From positions 43,774,001 to 43,834,000 of the forward strand of contig OZ249436.1 of assembly GCA_965235115.1 (NCBI GenBank): a stretch of DNA of 60,000 nt, written 5' to 3'. Below are positions 38,886 to 50,573 of this stretch, piece after piece. Source of the DNA: Laetmonice hystrix (Eukaryota). The first letter of the stretch is position 1; every line of letters starts with the position of its first letter. Made by a program: the position numbers and the translations under genes. The notes under the pieces were generated by a model. It ran no database searches, had not been told where the DNA came from, and saw nothing but the letters and a program-made list of their open reading frames with translations.

Positions 38886-39232
38886 TTAGTGGCACGTTGC
38901 CAGACCAGCACTTTGTGCCGCACTTATACGCCAAATGTTAACGGGATCGTACGGAACACATGTAAGTTATTTCTATCAGATAATCAGGATGATAGGCATA
39001 CAATCGGAATTTACCAGGACAAGTGTCCCTGCTCTGATTGTGCATTTGTCAGCAATCAAGGTAAGCCGGCTGGAATCAATGGGAACTGACTGCAATCAAA
39101 GGGAACTGGCTGGAATCAAAGGGAACTGGCTGGAATCAATGGAAAACGGCTGGAATCAATAGCCGCTGGCTGAAACAAATGCACGTCTGATGTGCGGTTG
39201 AAGAAATTACTTCAGTGACAGGTGAGCGCCAA

Positions 39233-39313
39233 GCTAAGTGTCACATCCCCCGCCAGGAGGCTAAGTGTCACATCCCCCGCCAGGAGGCTAAGTGTCACAT
39301 CCCCCGCCAGGAG
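39233..39313. repeat. Perfect triplication of a 27-bp unit
   Basis: GCTAAGTGTCACATCCCCCGCCAGGAG x3. Confidence 0.9.
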
Positions 39314-40139
39314 GTGAAGAAATCCAGTCTGCCACACCGTGGCGCTGCCTGCTCACTTTGAGAGGATATGGACCAATGCCGATTAGAGACTAGCAGGATT
39401 GGATCCTGTTTGCCTTTTGTTATTTTCACCTGGTCACCAACCTAAGAACGTCAGTCATAAAGTGGTGTACCCCAGCTGTCCAAGGTTTTGGTGATGGTGG
39501 TGGTCAGCAGGGAATGACTAAATCATCCAGCAGCGCCCTCTATAACAACATCACATACTTGACCTCACTGTTCACTGAGTTCACTGAGGTCATAGCACGA
39601 AGTGCTAGGGAATGGCCATACTCCCACAACAAAAATAGAAGAAAGAAAAAAGAAAGAAATACCAATGTCTGACAGCTGTAAGTGTTTGCTGAGTGAATGT
39701 ATCGTGACTTAGCAGGTCTTATCACAAGGCTCGTAACCTTTGTTGACATCACCAATCACGGTCTCGACCGATATCAATGCAATTGACCTTGTCCGCCATC
39801 CGGTAATAACCTAAATCCTGACTGAGATATCACTCGGATTTAGATATCACTCGGATACTTAGATATCATCGGAGCCAGGTATGGACCAGAAAGCTCACCA
39901 CCAGACAGAGTTGGGAAGACCACGACAGGATCATCTCAAAGATACACACCTCCTGGCTGGATCATCCACAACCGGGATTAAGTATATGTGTCGCTGATAA
40001 GCTTACATAGCCCTTGTGGATGGTTATAGCTTGGTTTTGTTCCCGTGTTTGGATCTGTACTTACTGATGTGGTCTAATCGTCGTCCACGTGTTTGACCAA
40101 GAATGGGTGTGTGTGATCGGCTGGGCTTAGTCATATAAT

Positions 40140-40312
40140 ATAACGGGATGGATACACTAACTCCCGAGGCCTGTGTCTGAGGGTATCAATGATAACGAGA
40201 TGGACACTAGTACATTAACTCCCCAGGCCTGTGTCTGAGGGTATCAATGATAACAGGATGGACACTAGTACACTAACTCCCGAGGCCTGTGTCTGGGGGT
40301 ATCAATAATAAC
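40140..40312. repeat. Short tandem repeat, ~52-59-bp unit, 3 copies
   Basis: ATAAC..GATGGACACTAGTACACTAACTCCCGAGGCCTGTGTCTGAGGGTATCAAT. Confidence 0.8.
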
Positions 40313-40546
40313 CAGCCCTTCCAGTCATCTCATGGATTCCGACATTGTGATCTCGTGAATAATGCAAGGAGTATAGCGAGGTGTTCATCTTGAGCTGCAT
40401 TCACGATCACCATTGGAGGAAGGACGATCACGGCTGGTCGGACCGAGTCAGGGGGAGTTCAGTCTTGAAAGTCTTACAAGACGGTGGAGTTTCTCACATA
40501 GCCACAGAGGAAACAATTGATGACTGGTTCAATACCCGAGGAGAAA

Positions 40547-41086
40547 AGTGCTGTCAGAAAGTCACACCACCTTGGATTGTTGGCTGGTCAGTGGTGGGTT
40601 AGTGCTGTGAGAAAGTCACACCACCTTGGATTGTTGGCTGGTCAGTGGTGGGTTAGTGCTGTGAGAAAGTCACAGCACCTTGGATTGTTGGCTGGTCAGT
40701 GGTGGGTTAGTGCTGTCAGAAAGTCACAGCACCTTGGATTGTTGGCTGGTCAGTGGTGGGTTAGTGCTGTCAGAAAGTCACACCACCTTGGATTGTTGGC
40801 TGGTCAGTGGTGGGTTAGTGCTGTCAGAAAGTCACACCACCTTGGATTGTTGGCTGGTCAGTGGTGGGTTAGTGCTGTCAGAAAGTCACACCACCTTGGA
40901 TTGTTGGCTGGTCAGTGGTGGGTTAGTGCTGTCAGAAAGTCACAGCACCTTGGATTGTTGGCTGGTCAGTGGTGGGTTAGTGCTGTGAGAAAGTCACACC
41001 ACCTTGGATTGTTGGCTGGTCAGTGGTGGGTTAGTGCTGTCAGAAAGTCACAGCACCTTGGATTGTTGGCTGGTCAGTGGTGGGTT
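40547..41086. repeat. Minisatellite, 54-bp unit, 10 copies
   Basis: AGTGCTGTCAGAAAGTCACACCACCTTGGATTGTTGGCTGGTCAGTGGTGGGTT. Confidence 0.95.
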
Positions 41087-41183
41087 ACTGTGACATGTTG
41101 AGTTTGTCGTGGAGCTCACCCCATGGACGTGGGTAAACTTCTGTCAGACTACGACGACACCGACGACGCTGAGTGTGCCGACC

Positions 41184-41216
41184 ATGTGCTCCTCGCTCCT
41201 CAGGTGTTGTCTGAAG
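41184..41216 (+). CDS. Candidate alternative first coding exon (MCSSLLRCCLK)
   Basis: ACCATG context, 11 codons, strong donor AAG|GTATGT at 41217, phase 0 compatible with the exon at 56655. Confidence 0.35.
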
Positions 41217-41406
41217 GTATGTTCTTCACTAACTATGGCTAGTAGTAGATCTACACGTGTTAAAGTAGACTTCCCCTTCCTGTTTCCCTCCGTGTGTGGA
41301 CATCATACATATGTATTGATCATATTAAATGTTATATTATGGGAAGGTCTCCGGTGGGCTGGATCGGTGCACAGACAGGATCTCCGGTAGATTGAGAGAT
41401 TTGAGC

Positions 41407-41783
41407 GATTTGAAAGGGATAAGCTTGACTACCACTATGTGTTGGATGAACTGATTTGAGAGGGATATAAGCTTGACTACCACTATGTGTTGGATGAACT
41501 GATTTGAGAGGGATAAGCTTGACTACCACTATGTGTTAGATGAACTGATTTGAGAGGGATAAGCTTGACTACCACTATGTGTTGGATGAACTGATTTGAG
41601 AGGGATAAGCTTGACTACCACTATGTGTTGGATGAACTGATTTGAGAGGGATAAGCTTGACTACCACTATGTGTTAGATGAACTGATTTGAGAGGGATAA
41701 GCTTGACTACCACTTTGTGTCGGATGAACTGATTTGAGAGGGATAAGCTTGACTACCACTATGTGTTGGATGAACTGATTTGA
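41407..41783. repeat. Minisatellite, 46-bp unit, ~8 copies
   Basis: GATTTGAGAGGGATAAGCTTGACTACCACTATGTGTTGGATGAACT. Confidence 0.93.
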
Positions 41784-41788
41784 CAGTC

Positions 41789-42005
41789 ATGTATGTATTT
41801 TTCTTTTTTGAAATGCACGGGCATCAGGGGCAACCCAATTACTTTGACAATGTCCCTAAAGAGAAAAGTTGTATAGTCCTCTACAGGAATCGAACCCCGG
41901 CACCAAGATTACTGCACCCATTCGCATAGCATAAGGTGTCGACACCCATGCCCACTCGGCCACCGCCACTCCCCTAAAAAAGGAGCTTTGGTGGTCGAGC
42001 AGGAC
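41789..42005 (-). mobile_element. tRNA-derived SINE
   Basis: Minus strand: A-box TGGCCGAGTGG and B-box GGTTCGATTCC, non-tRNA body, A-rich/(CATA) tail; ATGTATGTA on both flanks may be a TSD. Confidence 0.65.
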
Positions 42006-42430
42006 AATGTATGTAATTATAAACGGATGAAAGATGCTGATTAGACCGAGGACCTGAGGTTTATAGGAAGCGCGGAGAACACGCCATAGACATATGTCAG
42101 ACGCTATAGACCGACTCCATTACTCGTGAACCAGGTAAAACATATCTTAACCACTTCTGGTCAGATCAAGACGTCAGATTGACTGAAGTCTGGCACTGAC
42201 ATTGCTGTCAGTCAAAACTGGCCCAGATCAGCCCGTGAGGGCCAGGGTGGGCCAGGGTGGGCCAGGGTGGGCCAGGGACTGCCTCACTGTATCCACCTGG
42301 GGTTACTGGCGGTTTATAGGAACCTAACTTAGCAGAGATATTCCGTCCTCAGTTCCTGGCACTAGGCCATCTAATCACACATCCTGACACAGGCCGTCAG
42401 TCAGTCACTCGATCCGTACGTGTGGCATGC

Positions 42431-42911
42431 CTGACTCCATCCATTGCACATGTTCTGACTCCATCCATTGCACATGTTCTGACTCTATCCATTGCACATG
42501 TTCTGACTCCATCCACTGCACATGTTCTGACTCTATCCATTGCACATGTTCTGACTCCATCCATTGCACATGTTCTGACTCTATCCATGGCACATGTTCT
42601 GACTCTATCCATTGCACATGTTCTGACTCCATCCACTGCACATGTTCTGACTCTATCCATTGCACATGTTCTGACTCCATCCATTGCACATGTTCTGACT
42701 CCATCCATTGCACATGTTCTGACTCTATCCATTGCACATGTTCTGACTCCATCCATTGCACATGTTCTGACTCCATCCATGGCACATGTTCTGACTCCAT
42801 CCATTGCACATGTTCTGACTCCATCCATGACACATGTTCTGACTCCATCCATTGCACATGTTCTGACTCCATCCATTGCACATGTTCTGACTCCATCCAT
42901 TGCACATGTTC
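42431..42911. repeat. Minisatellite, 24-bp unit, 20 copies
   Basis: CTGACTCCATCCATTGCACATGTT. Confidence 0.95.
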
Positions 42912-43579
42912 CGTAGGGGACTTTTTTAGGGGGACCAAGCATTCCATGCTTGCTTTGAAGGGCATACTTTAGATGGAGGAACTCTGCTTCAAAAAGTGAT
43001 GTGACTTTTTAAGGGTGCTATTTTTAATCATAGGCTCACGTTATAATGTGGTTCATCACACGTCAGCTCCTGCAGTGGGTTAAACCCGAGTGTACTGAGT
43101 GCTGGACATGGTGACACAAGGGAACAAATGTCGGAGCATCCTGGCATCAATGAACGAGGGATATATTTAAATATCAGTTTATCCTAATTAGGAGTTCATG
43201 GTTTAGTAATGGTTCCTTCAAGATGGTGTTGCACATAAAGGAACCCATCCCACATCTAGAAAAGGGTTGGTCGTATTCCCGGTGTGCGGGTTTCTTCCTT
43301 TATCCAATCAATCATAATAATAAATGAAAAGTCTTGTTCTCCCCTGAAGAAGGCCAGTAGATGCTGACAGGACATAAAGCAACCAATCACCCCCGCCGCC
43401 CGGCAAGGCCACTTGAAGGAAGACCGAGTAGAGCAATGATCGATTTGTATGTCCAGGATTGTGTGTGTCCATGTGGTCATCCTCGCCACCAGACATATGG
43501 TAACGGATGGCCAACCTTGAGGATGGCACCGGAGATCAATATCTAATTACTCATTCATGAGATTATTGAACCTCGGCCA

Positions 43580-44550
43580 GTCTGGGTTACTGAGGCGAGG
43601 AGGACGGACCAGACGGACCAGTGTCAGCTTGATGTCCACAGGCCCGAGTCTAGGTTACTAAGGCGAGGACACAGGCCCGAGTCTGGGTTACTAAGGCGAG
43701 GACACAGGCCCGAGTCTGGGTTACCAAGGCGAGGACACAGGCCCGAGTCTGGGTTACCAAGGCGAGGACACAGGCCCGAGTCTGGGTTACCAAGGCGAGG
43801 ACACAGGCCCGAGTCTGGGTAACTAAGGCGAGGACACAGGCCCGAGTCTGGGTTACTAAGGCGAGGACACAGGCCCGAGTCTGGGTTACCAAGGCGAGGA
43901 CACAGGCCCGAGTCTGGGTTACCAAGGCGAGGACACAGGCCCAAGTCTGGGTTACTAAGGCGAGGACACAGGCCCGAGTCTGGGTTACTAAGGCGAGGAC
44001 ACAGGCCCGAGTCTGGGTTACTAAGGCGAGGACACAGGCCCGAGTCTGGGTTACCAAGGCGAGGACACAGGCCCGAGTCTGGGTTACCAAGGCGAGGACA
44101 CAGGCCCGAGTCTGGGTTACTAAGGCGAGGACACAGGCCCGAGTCTGGGTTACTAAGGCGAGGACACAGGCCCGAGTCTGGGTTACTAAGGCGAGGACAC
44201 AGGCCCGAGTCTGGGTTACTAAGGCGAGGACACAGGCCCGAGTCTGGGTTACTAAGGCGAGGAGGACGGACCAGACGGACCAGTGTCAGCTTGATGTCCA
44301 CAGGCCAGAGTCTGGGTTACTAAGGCGAGGACACAGGCCCGAGTCTGGGTTACTAAGGCGAGGACACAGGCCCGAGTCTGGGTTACTAAGGCGAGGACAC
44401 AGGCCCAAGGCGAGGACACAGGCCCGAGTCTGGGTTACCAAGGCGAGGACACAGGCCCGAGTCTGGGTTACTAAGGCGAGGACACGGGCCCGAGTCTGGG
44501 TTACTAAGGCGAGGAGGACGGACCAGACGGACCAGTGTCGGCTTGATGTT
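43580..44550. repeat. Minisatellite, 33-bp unit, with three interspersed ~40-bp blocks
   Basis: GAGGACACAGGCCCGAGTCTGGGTTACTAAGGC; block GAGGACGGACCAGACGGACCAGTGTC(A/G)GCTTGATGT at ~43600, ~44262, ~44514. Confidence 0.95.
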
Positions 44551-44557
44551 CACTTAA

Positions 44558-45009
44558 AGGGATGGTAAACACACACGGCAAATACGGTTTCGTAGACCAA
44601 GTGGAACACCAGCATTTACCTCAGGGCAATAAATGACACAATTACGTTGTCTGAATGAAATAATTAACGTGTAACTGCCCGATGTGTGACGCCGCTGGTT
44701 CTGACGTTGACCTGCTTGTGTGTTCATCAGAGCCGAAGGCTGCACACCGCGGTGTATTGCGTAACATTACGTGTTACTCTGCTCACAGACCTTGTCTACA
44801 GGATGTTTGGAGTCCCAACGTTTGTAAACGTCCGAGGTGATGAACACACAAGCAGAGCAAGGTTAGAACCAGCGGCGTCACACATCGGGCAGTTACACGT
44901 TAATTACTTCATTCAGACAACGTAATTGTGACATTTATTGCCCTGAGGTAAATGCTGGTGTTTCATTTGGTCGACGAAACCTTATTTGCCGTGTGTGTTT
45001 TCCCTCCCT
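44558..45009. mobile_element. Kolobok-like non-autonomous element with long TIRs
   Basis: TTAA|AGGGA...TCCCT|TTAA; ~145-bp near-perfect inverted arms (e.g. GTGTAACTGCCCGATGTGTGACGCCGCTGGTTCT / AGAACCAGCGGCGTCACACATCGGGCAGTTACAC). Confidence 0.85.
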
Positions 45010-46067
45010 TTAATAGTACGGCGTCAACCGAAGAATCCGAACAATTGTTTGAGAATTCCTCGTTTCCCTGCTGAAGTCCTAATGTTATGACAAAAATGTG
45101 GCATAAACATGAACATGCAGGGATCCCACTTTTAGATTCATTTAACACAAATTACTCAATATTATAATAGTTCCTTTGTCTCCTCTCCTGATGGTTAAGT
45201 TTATTATTATGATTGGAAAAGATTGGTTCAAGGGGAGGGGGGGGGCTCACTCATGAAGCCATCGGATTTCGCCTCACCCTGACCAACCTGAATATTTTCA
45301 AGAGATTGTGTTAGTAGTGAAGTATAGTAATATCATAACACTCTCTTTTTTTGGGGGGGGGGGGGGGGGGTCGTTTGTATTATTGTTTATTGTGGGAGGT
45401 CGTGGTATAAATGCTAGCCACCCCACCACCGCCCCAACCTGTGCCCTCCGGGCCTGTGCCCAATCTATGGCCCAGGAACTGTTTAGAAACCCATACTATA
45501 TGGCTGTCGGCACATAGACAAGGGAACACATGTCGTATACACATGGACGTCTACACGGTTATAGAATCCAACTTCCTTTTTTTCAAACATTTATTTATAC
45601 TGGACATTACAATTTAGCTTGTAGCCATTTCTCATTGCATTCCAGTTTCCATATTTCTAAGATATACATGTAATTCAGTAGTAGTTTTGAAGACTAAATA
45701 AATCCTCCTCTCTTCCTCTCAAATATACCTCGAGATTGTCGCTTTCCGCTTGCATTTTGTAAATGTCCCTCATTAATTCCTAGCCATTATTACATAATAT
45801 TGATATAAAATATAAGCCGGGTGAAAGCTTGGGCAATATACACGGCCCAGCAGGCTGCATGGAGCAATAATTGATACCATAAATAATTATGGTAAGAAGT
45901 AACATGACGTGCTTTGTGTCTGGAGTCGTGCTTCCAGGACAATGGTATACTATAATGTTAGGAGACTGAAGGTAGCCCTCGGGGGCTAATATCGGGATGG
46001 GTCTACTCTGGTCGGCCGACACTATCTCTTACACAGTACACCCAATAATGGTAATCAGTGTGATTAA

Positions 46068-46200
46068 TGACCAATCAACTTCCTTCTTACTAAATGTCGC
46101 TGGCTTATCTCATTATCCTGATTGGTCAACACTTATGACCAATCAACTTCAATCTTACTAAATGTCGCTGGCTTATCTCATTATCCTGATTGGTCAACAC
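46068..46200. repeat. Direct two-copy duplication, ~68 bp
   Basis: ATGACCAATCAACTTC...TAAATGTCGCTGGCTTATCTCATTATCCTGATTGGTCAACACTT twice; each copy is bounded by GACCAATC / GATTGGTC inverted ends. Confidence 0.8.
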
Positions 46201-47426
46201 TTTTTTCCTGTGCCCAATCTGTGGCACCCTTCCATCAACACCAGGCTGGTTTATTATATGTTGTCAGTATTTTTTTCCGCAGTATCAATAAAATTAATGA
46301 TCTGTCAGCTTGTGATGATAGCAAAATTGTATAAGATTACATTGGCCTCCCCATCTTCAAATCTTTGAGGACTCCGCGCCTATTGATGTCCGAATTCAGT
46401 CATCTAGAACAAATCTACATAATTTATATTTTGCTGAGAAATCCAATTTTATTCCTCAATTAAAAATCAGTATAAAACAAAATGAAAAATTAATTAAAAT
46501 TAAAGGGAGAAATGGCGTAAATTAAGTTTTAACATTTTAGGGAGATATTTTACATGCAGATATACACTACAGGTACAGGGATAGATAGGGTTGTAACCTT
46601 ACGTATGTCTGTGTATGCTAGGAATCGAATTAGTTTAAGATAAGATTTAGGTGTTCGCCTTTCTGTTGTAACCCGTCTGTGTATGGTAAGGACACGACCA
46701 CTGATCGCTTTGTTCCGTCCCGACGTGATGTGTTAGCGGATTATGAGGCTCGCCTGGATGTGTGTTCTCCTCAGTCCCTGTTTGCTTCAGGTGCTTCAAT
46801 ACCGGCATGTTAGCGTGATTCCGTGGGTGGTCCTAACACATTTAATCCCGAATTTCTTGTGAAGCTACAATACATAGGGAGGATCACGACGTTAGGTTAC
46901 CCTCACCCCCACCCCCACCACCACCCCCACCCCCACCCCCACCACCACCCGACACGTCACCTTGAAGAGAGTCGTCTAAGTGAGCAGTCTGAACGCCAGC
47001 CTTGTGCTCCTGACAGCTGCCATTATGAGCAATATTTCAAATCTGGCCAGAAGACCTCAGAGGCAGTCAAACCGAATATCGGTCAAGGGTTTGAGCGGAT
47101 GTTAAACGTGGTGGGAAACATAGTTTGGTGATGAGTGGGAGTTCATATAGAGAGATAAGAACCTTTGTCTGAGTTTCTGGTGAGCATACAAAAAGTAGGT
47201 TCTTTGCTACTTGTCCAGGTCGTTGCTGACAGGAACTATTGTTACTCGAGACCACGGGAAATAATGGATGGAAAAACGGAGGGAAGAATGAAAGAACATT
47301 TTTAAAAAAGCAGAAACGGGGAACAGATAGGGATATTTTATGTGTGTGTCTGGATGCAAACCAGGCATGGCATTAACACTGTCGCTGGAACAAAAGAAAC
47401 CGGGTCAGAAAGCACGTAGACTCTAA

Positions 47427-48001
47427 GTATTCATGAGATTGCTAAGAAACGGGGCGTAGTATTCATGAGATTGCTAGGAAACGGGGCGTAGTATTCATGA
47501 GATTGTTAGGAAACGGGGCGTAGTATTCATGAGATTGCTAGGAAACGAGGCGTAGTATTTATGAGATTGCTAGGAAACGGGGCGTAGTATTTATGAGATT
47601 GCTAGGAAACGGGGCGTAGTATTCATGAGATTGCTAGGAAACGGGGCGTAGTATTCATGAGATTGTTAGGAAACGGGGCGTAGTATTCATGAGATTGTTA
47701 GGAAACGGGGCGTAGTATTCATGAGATTGCTAGGAAACGGGGCGTAGTATTCATGAGATTGTTAGGAAACGGGGCGTAGTATTCATGAGATTGTTAGGAA
47801 ACGGGGCGTAGTATTCATGAGATTGTTAGGAAACGGGGCGTAGTATTCATGAGATTGCTAAGATACGGGGCGTAGTATTCATGAGATTGTTAGGAGACGG
47901 GGCGTAGTATTCATGAGATTGTTAGGAAACGGGGCGTAGTATTCATGAGATTGCTAGGAAACGCGGCGTAGTATTCATGAGATTGCTAGGAAACGGGGCG
48001 T
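47427..48001. repeat. Minisatellite, 32-bp unit, ~18 copies
   Basis: GTATTCATGAGATTGCTAGGAAACGGGGCGTA. Confidence 0.95.
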
Positions 48002-48081
48002 CTATTCCCTTTCCAGACCTACAACCGTGAACTGTTTACCTGGAAATATACAAAAGAATGTGAGAGAAAACAGGTGGGGAA

Positions 48082-48320
48082 TTATTATAATTAATTATAA
48101 TTATTATTATTATAACCGTGTTTTGATATAATGTGTAAGTCCAGCTGCTGTAAAGGAGACACTGTCGTATTTTCTCTCAGCCGGAAGAGTAAAGTTGCCC
48201 AGGTATAGACGGTGGGTGGGTGGCAGTTTCTCTTGGTGGAGAAAACAGGAGTACCCGGAGGAAACCACCGGCCATCGGGAAGGAACTGACTGACAAACCT
48301 TTCACACATGCAGCCCTGGC
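48082..48320 (-). mobile_element. SINE with V-domain-like core and (AAT)n tail, 5'-truncated
   Basis: Minus strand GGTGGTTTCCTCCGGGTACTCCTGTTTTCTCCACC matches the V-SINE core motif; (TAA)n tail at ~48082-48113. Confidence 0.7.
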
Positions 48321-48358
48321 CCCCAGCCACGGTTCCCCCGTCGTCATCGGTTGAATAC

Positions 48359-48372
48359 GTTGCCATGGAAAC
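48359..48372. promoter_or_regulatory. RFX X-box motif
   Basis: GTTGCCATGGAAAC, 13/14 match to the palindromic X-box consensus. Confidence 0.45.
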
Positions 48373-48729
48373 CATTTTATTTCGAGTTACTAAAATCACA
48401 AAGAACACCGCCATTGAATTCAGATTTCTCATTTTAATGTAGTACTCTGGCCGTGTTTGTACAAAAACATCAATATAACTGCAACTGGACTGCATAATTC
48501 CGTCATGGGTTGGTTTACCTTCATATGGACTGTATTGTAAGGCTATATTTGCAGACGTCAGCAGATTAGACGAGTATTGATTTGACGTGTTAGGATTACG
48601 ATAAGGCTGTGGCAGACGATCGGTGTAGGTCAATAGAATAGTTTTTGTTATTTTAATTGTCTCAGGGGCCAGGTTTGTATGTCTGCACAGGCGCGACGAA
48701 GGGATGTTGTACTTGTGAGTTCACATAAT

Positions 48730-49215
48730 ATACCCCCCGTCAGACAGGTGTTGTGACACACAGATACCCCCCGTCAGACAGGTACGGTGACACACAGATA
48801 CCCCCCGTCAGACGGGTACGGTGACACCCCTCCCCGTCCGACAGGTACGGTGACACCCCTCCCCGTCAGACAGGTGGGGTGACACCCCTCCCCGTCAGAC
48901 AGGTACGGTGACACCCCTCCCCGTCAGACAGGTACGGTGACACCCCTCCCCGTCAGACAGGTGCGGTGACACCCCTCCCCGTCAGACAGGTACGGTGACA
49001 CCCCTCCCCGTCAGACAGGTGGGGTGACACCCCTCCCCGTCAGACAGGTACGGTGACACCCCTCCCCGTCAGACAGGTACGGTGACACCCCTCCCCGTCA
49101 GACAGGTGCGGTGACACCCCTCCCCGTCAGACAGGTGGGGTGACACCCCTCCCCGTCAGACAGGTGGGGTGACACCCCTCCCCGTCAGACAGGTGGGGTG
49201 ACACCCCCCTCCCCG
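48730..49215. repeat. Minisatellite, 29-bp unit, ~16 copies
   Basis: CCCCGTCAGACAGGTACGGTGACACCCCT; first units are longer (~33 bp). Confidence 0.93.
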
Positions 49216-49549
49216 GCATCCATCAAATCGTGAGCATCCATCAGATCGTGAGCAGTACTCTCAGAAGATCCATCAAGTCGTGAGCAGTCTGTAATCTCAA
49301 GACATCTATCAAATCCAGAGATTAAATCTGATCACTCATGTGTTCTGTCATCGACAACCACCTCCGCTATCGAGTTGAATTTGTCACCTGAATTCGACTG
49401 GTCATGTGGGATAGAGAAATACATCGTCTCTTGAAAGAAGTTAAAGGGGGTGGGTTGTTTTGGTAACAGACTACAGGTTTGATGTAAGCTATATATATTT
49501 AGTCATCAGGATGTTTGAATCTTTATCACAATGCTGTCTACAACAGTGT

Positions 49550-50573
49550 CAGGAATGGTATCTAGAGGCAAGGGGAGAATGTTGATAACGTGATGTCAGT
49601 ATTTGGTACCGTATAGACCAGGAATGTCAGTCAGTCTGACGGATGTAGGAATGGTATTTTGTATATAGAGACAGGAAGAGAATGTTGATGACATGATGTC
49701 AGTATTTGGTACCGTATAGACCAGGAATGTCAGTCAGTCTCACGGATGTAGGAATGGTATTTTGTATATAGAGACAGGAAGAGAATGTTGATAACATGAT
49801 GTCAGTATTTGGTACCGTATAGATCAGGAATGTCAGTCAGTCTGACGGATGTAGGAATGGTATTTTGTATATAGAGACAGGAAAAGAATGTTGATAACAT
49901 GATGTCAGTATTTGGTACCGTATAGACCAGGAATGTCAGTCGGTCTCACGGATGTAGGAATGGTATTTTGTATATAGAGACAGGAAGAGAATGTTGATAA
50001 CATGATGTCAGTATTTGGTACCGTATAGACCAGGAATGTCAGTCAGTCTGACGGATGTAGGAATGGTATTTTGTATATAGAGACAGGAAGAGAATGTTGA
50101 TAACATGATGTCAGTATTTGGTGCCGTATAGACCAGGAATGTCAGTCAGTCTCACGGATGTAGGAATGGTATTTTGTATATAGAGACAGGAAAAGAATGT
50201 TGATAACATGATGTCAGTATTTGGTACCGTATAGATCAGGAATGTCAGTCAGTCTGACGGATGTAGGAATGGTATTTTGTATATAGAGACAGGAAAAGAA
50301 TGTTGATAACATGATGTCAGTATTTGGTACCGTATAGACCAGGAATGTCAGTCGGTCTCACGGATGTAGGAATGGTATTTTGTATATAGAGACAGGAAGA
50401 GAATGTTGATAACATGATGTCAGTATTTGGTACCGTATAGACCAGGAATGTCAGTCGGTCTCACGGATGTAGGAATGGTATTTTGTATATAGAGACAGGA
50501 AAAGAATGTTGATAACATGATGTCAGTATTTGGTACCGTATAGACCCGGAATGTCAGTCAGTCTCACGGATGT
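49550..50573. repeat. Tandem repeat, 103-bp unit, ~10 copies
   Basis: GGATGTAGGAATGG recurs at 49641, 49744, 49847 and onward. Confidence 0.95.

Noticed and set aside
7556..39066. Other ATG-plus-donor phase-0 candidates (MESAAWPW at ~7600, MNGSLCQ at 36654, MIGIQ...SAIK ending 39060)
   Set aside because: About one in three chance donor hits is phase 0; these have weaker signals or lie next to repeats, and they illustrate the false-positive risk for the retained candidates
41885..41974. Functional tRNA gene on the minus strand
   Set aside because: A and B boxes are present, but I could not form an acceptor stem or anticodon arm, and the sequence continues into a SINE-like body and tail
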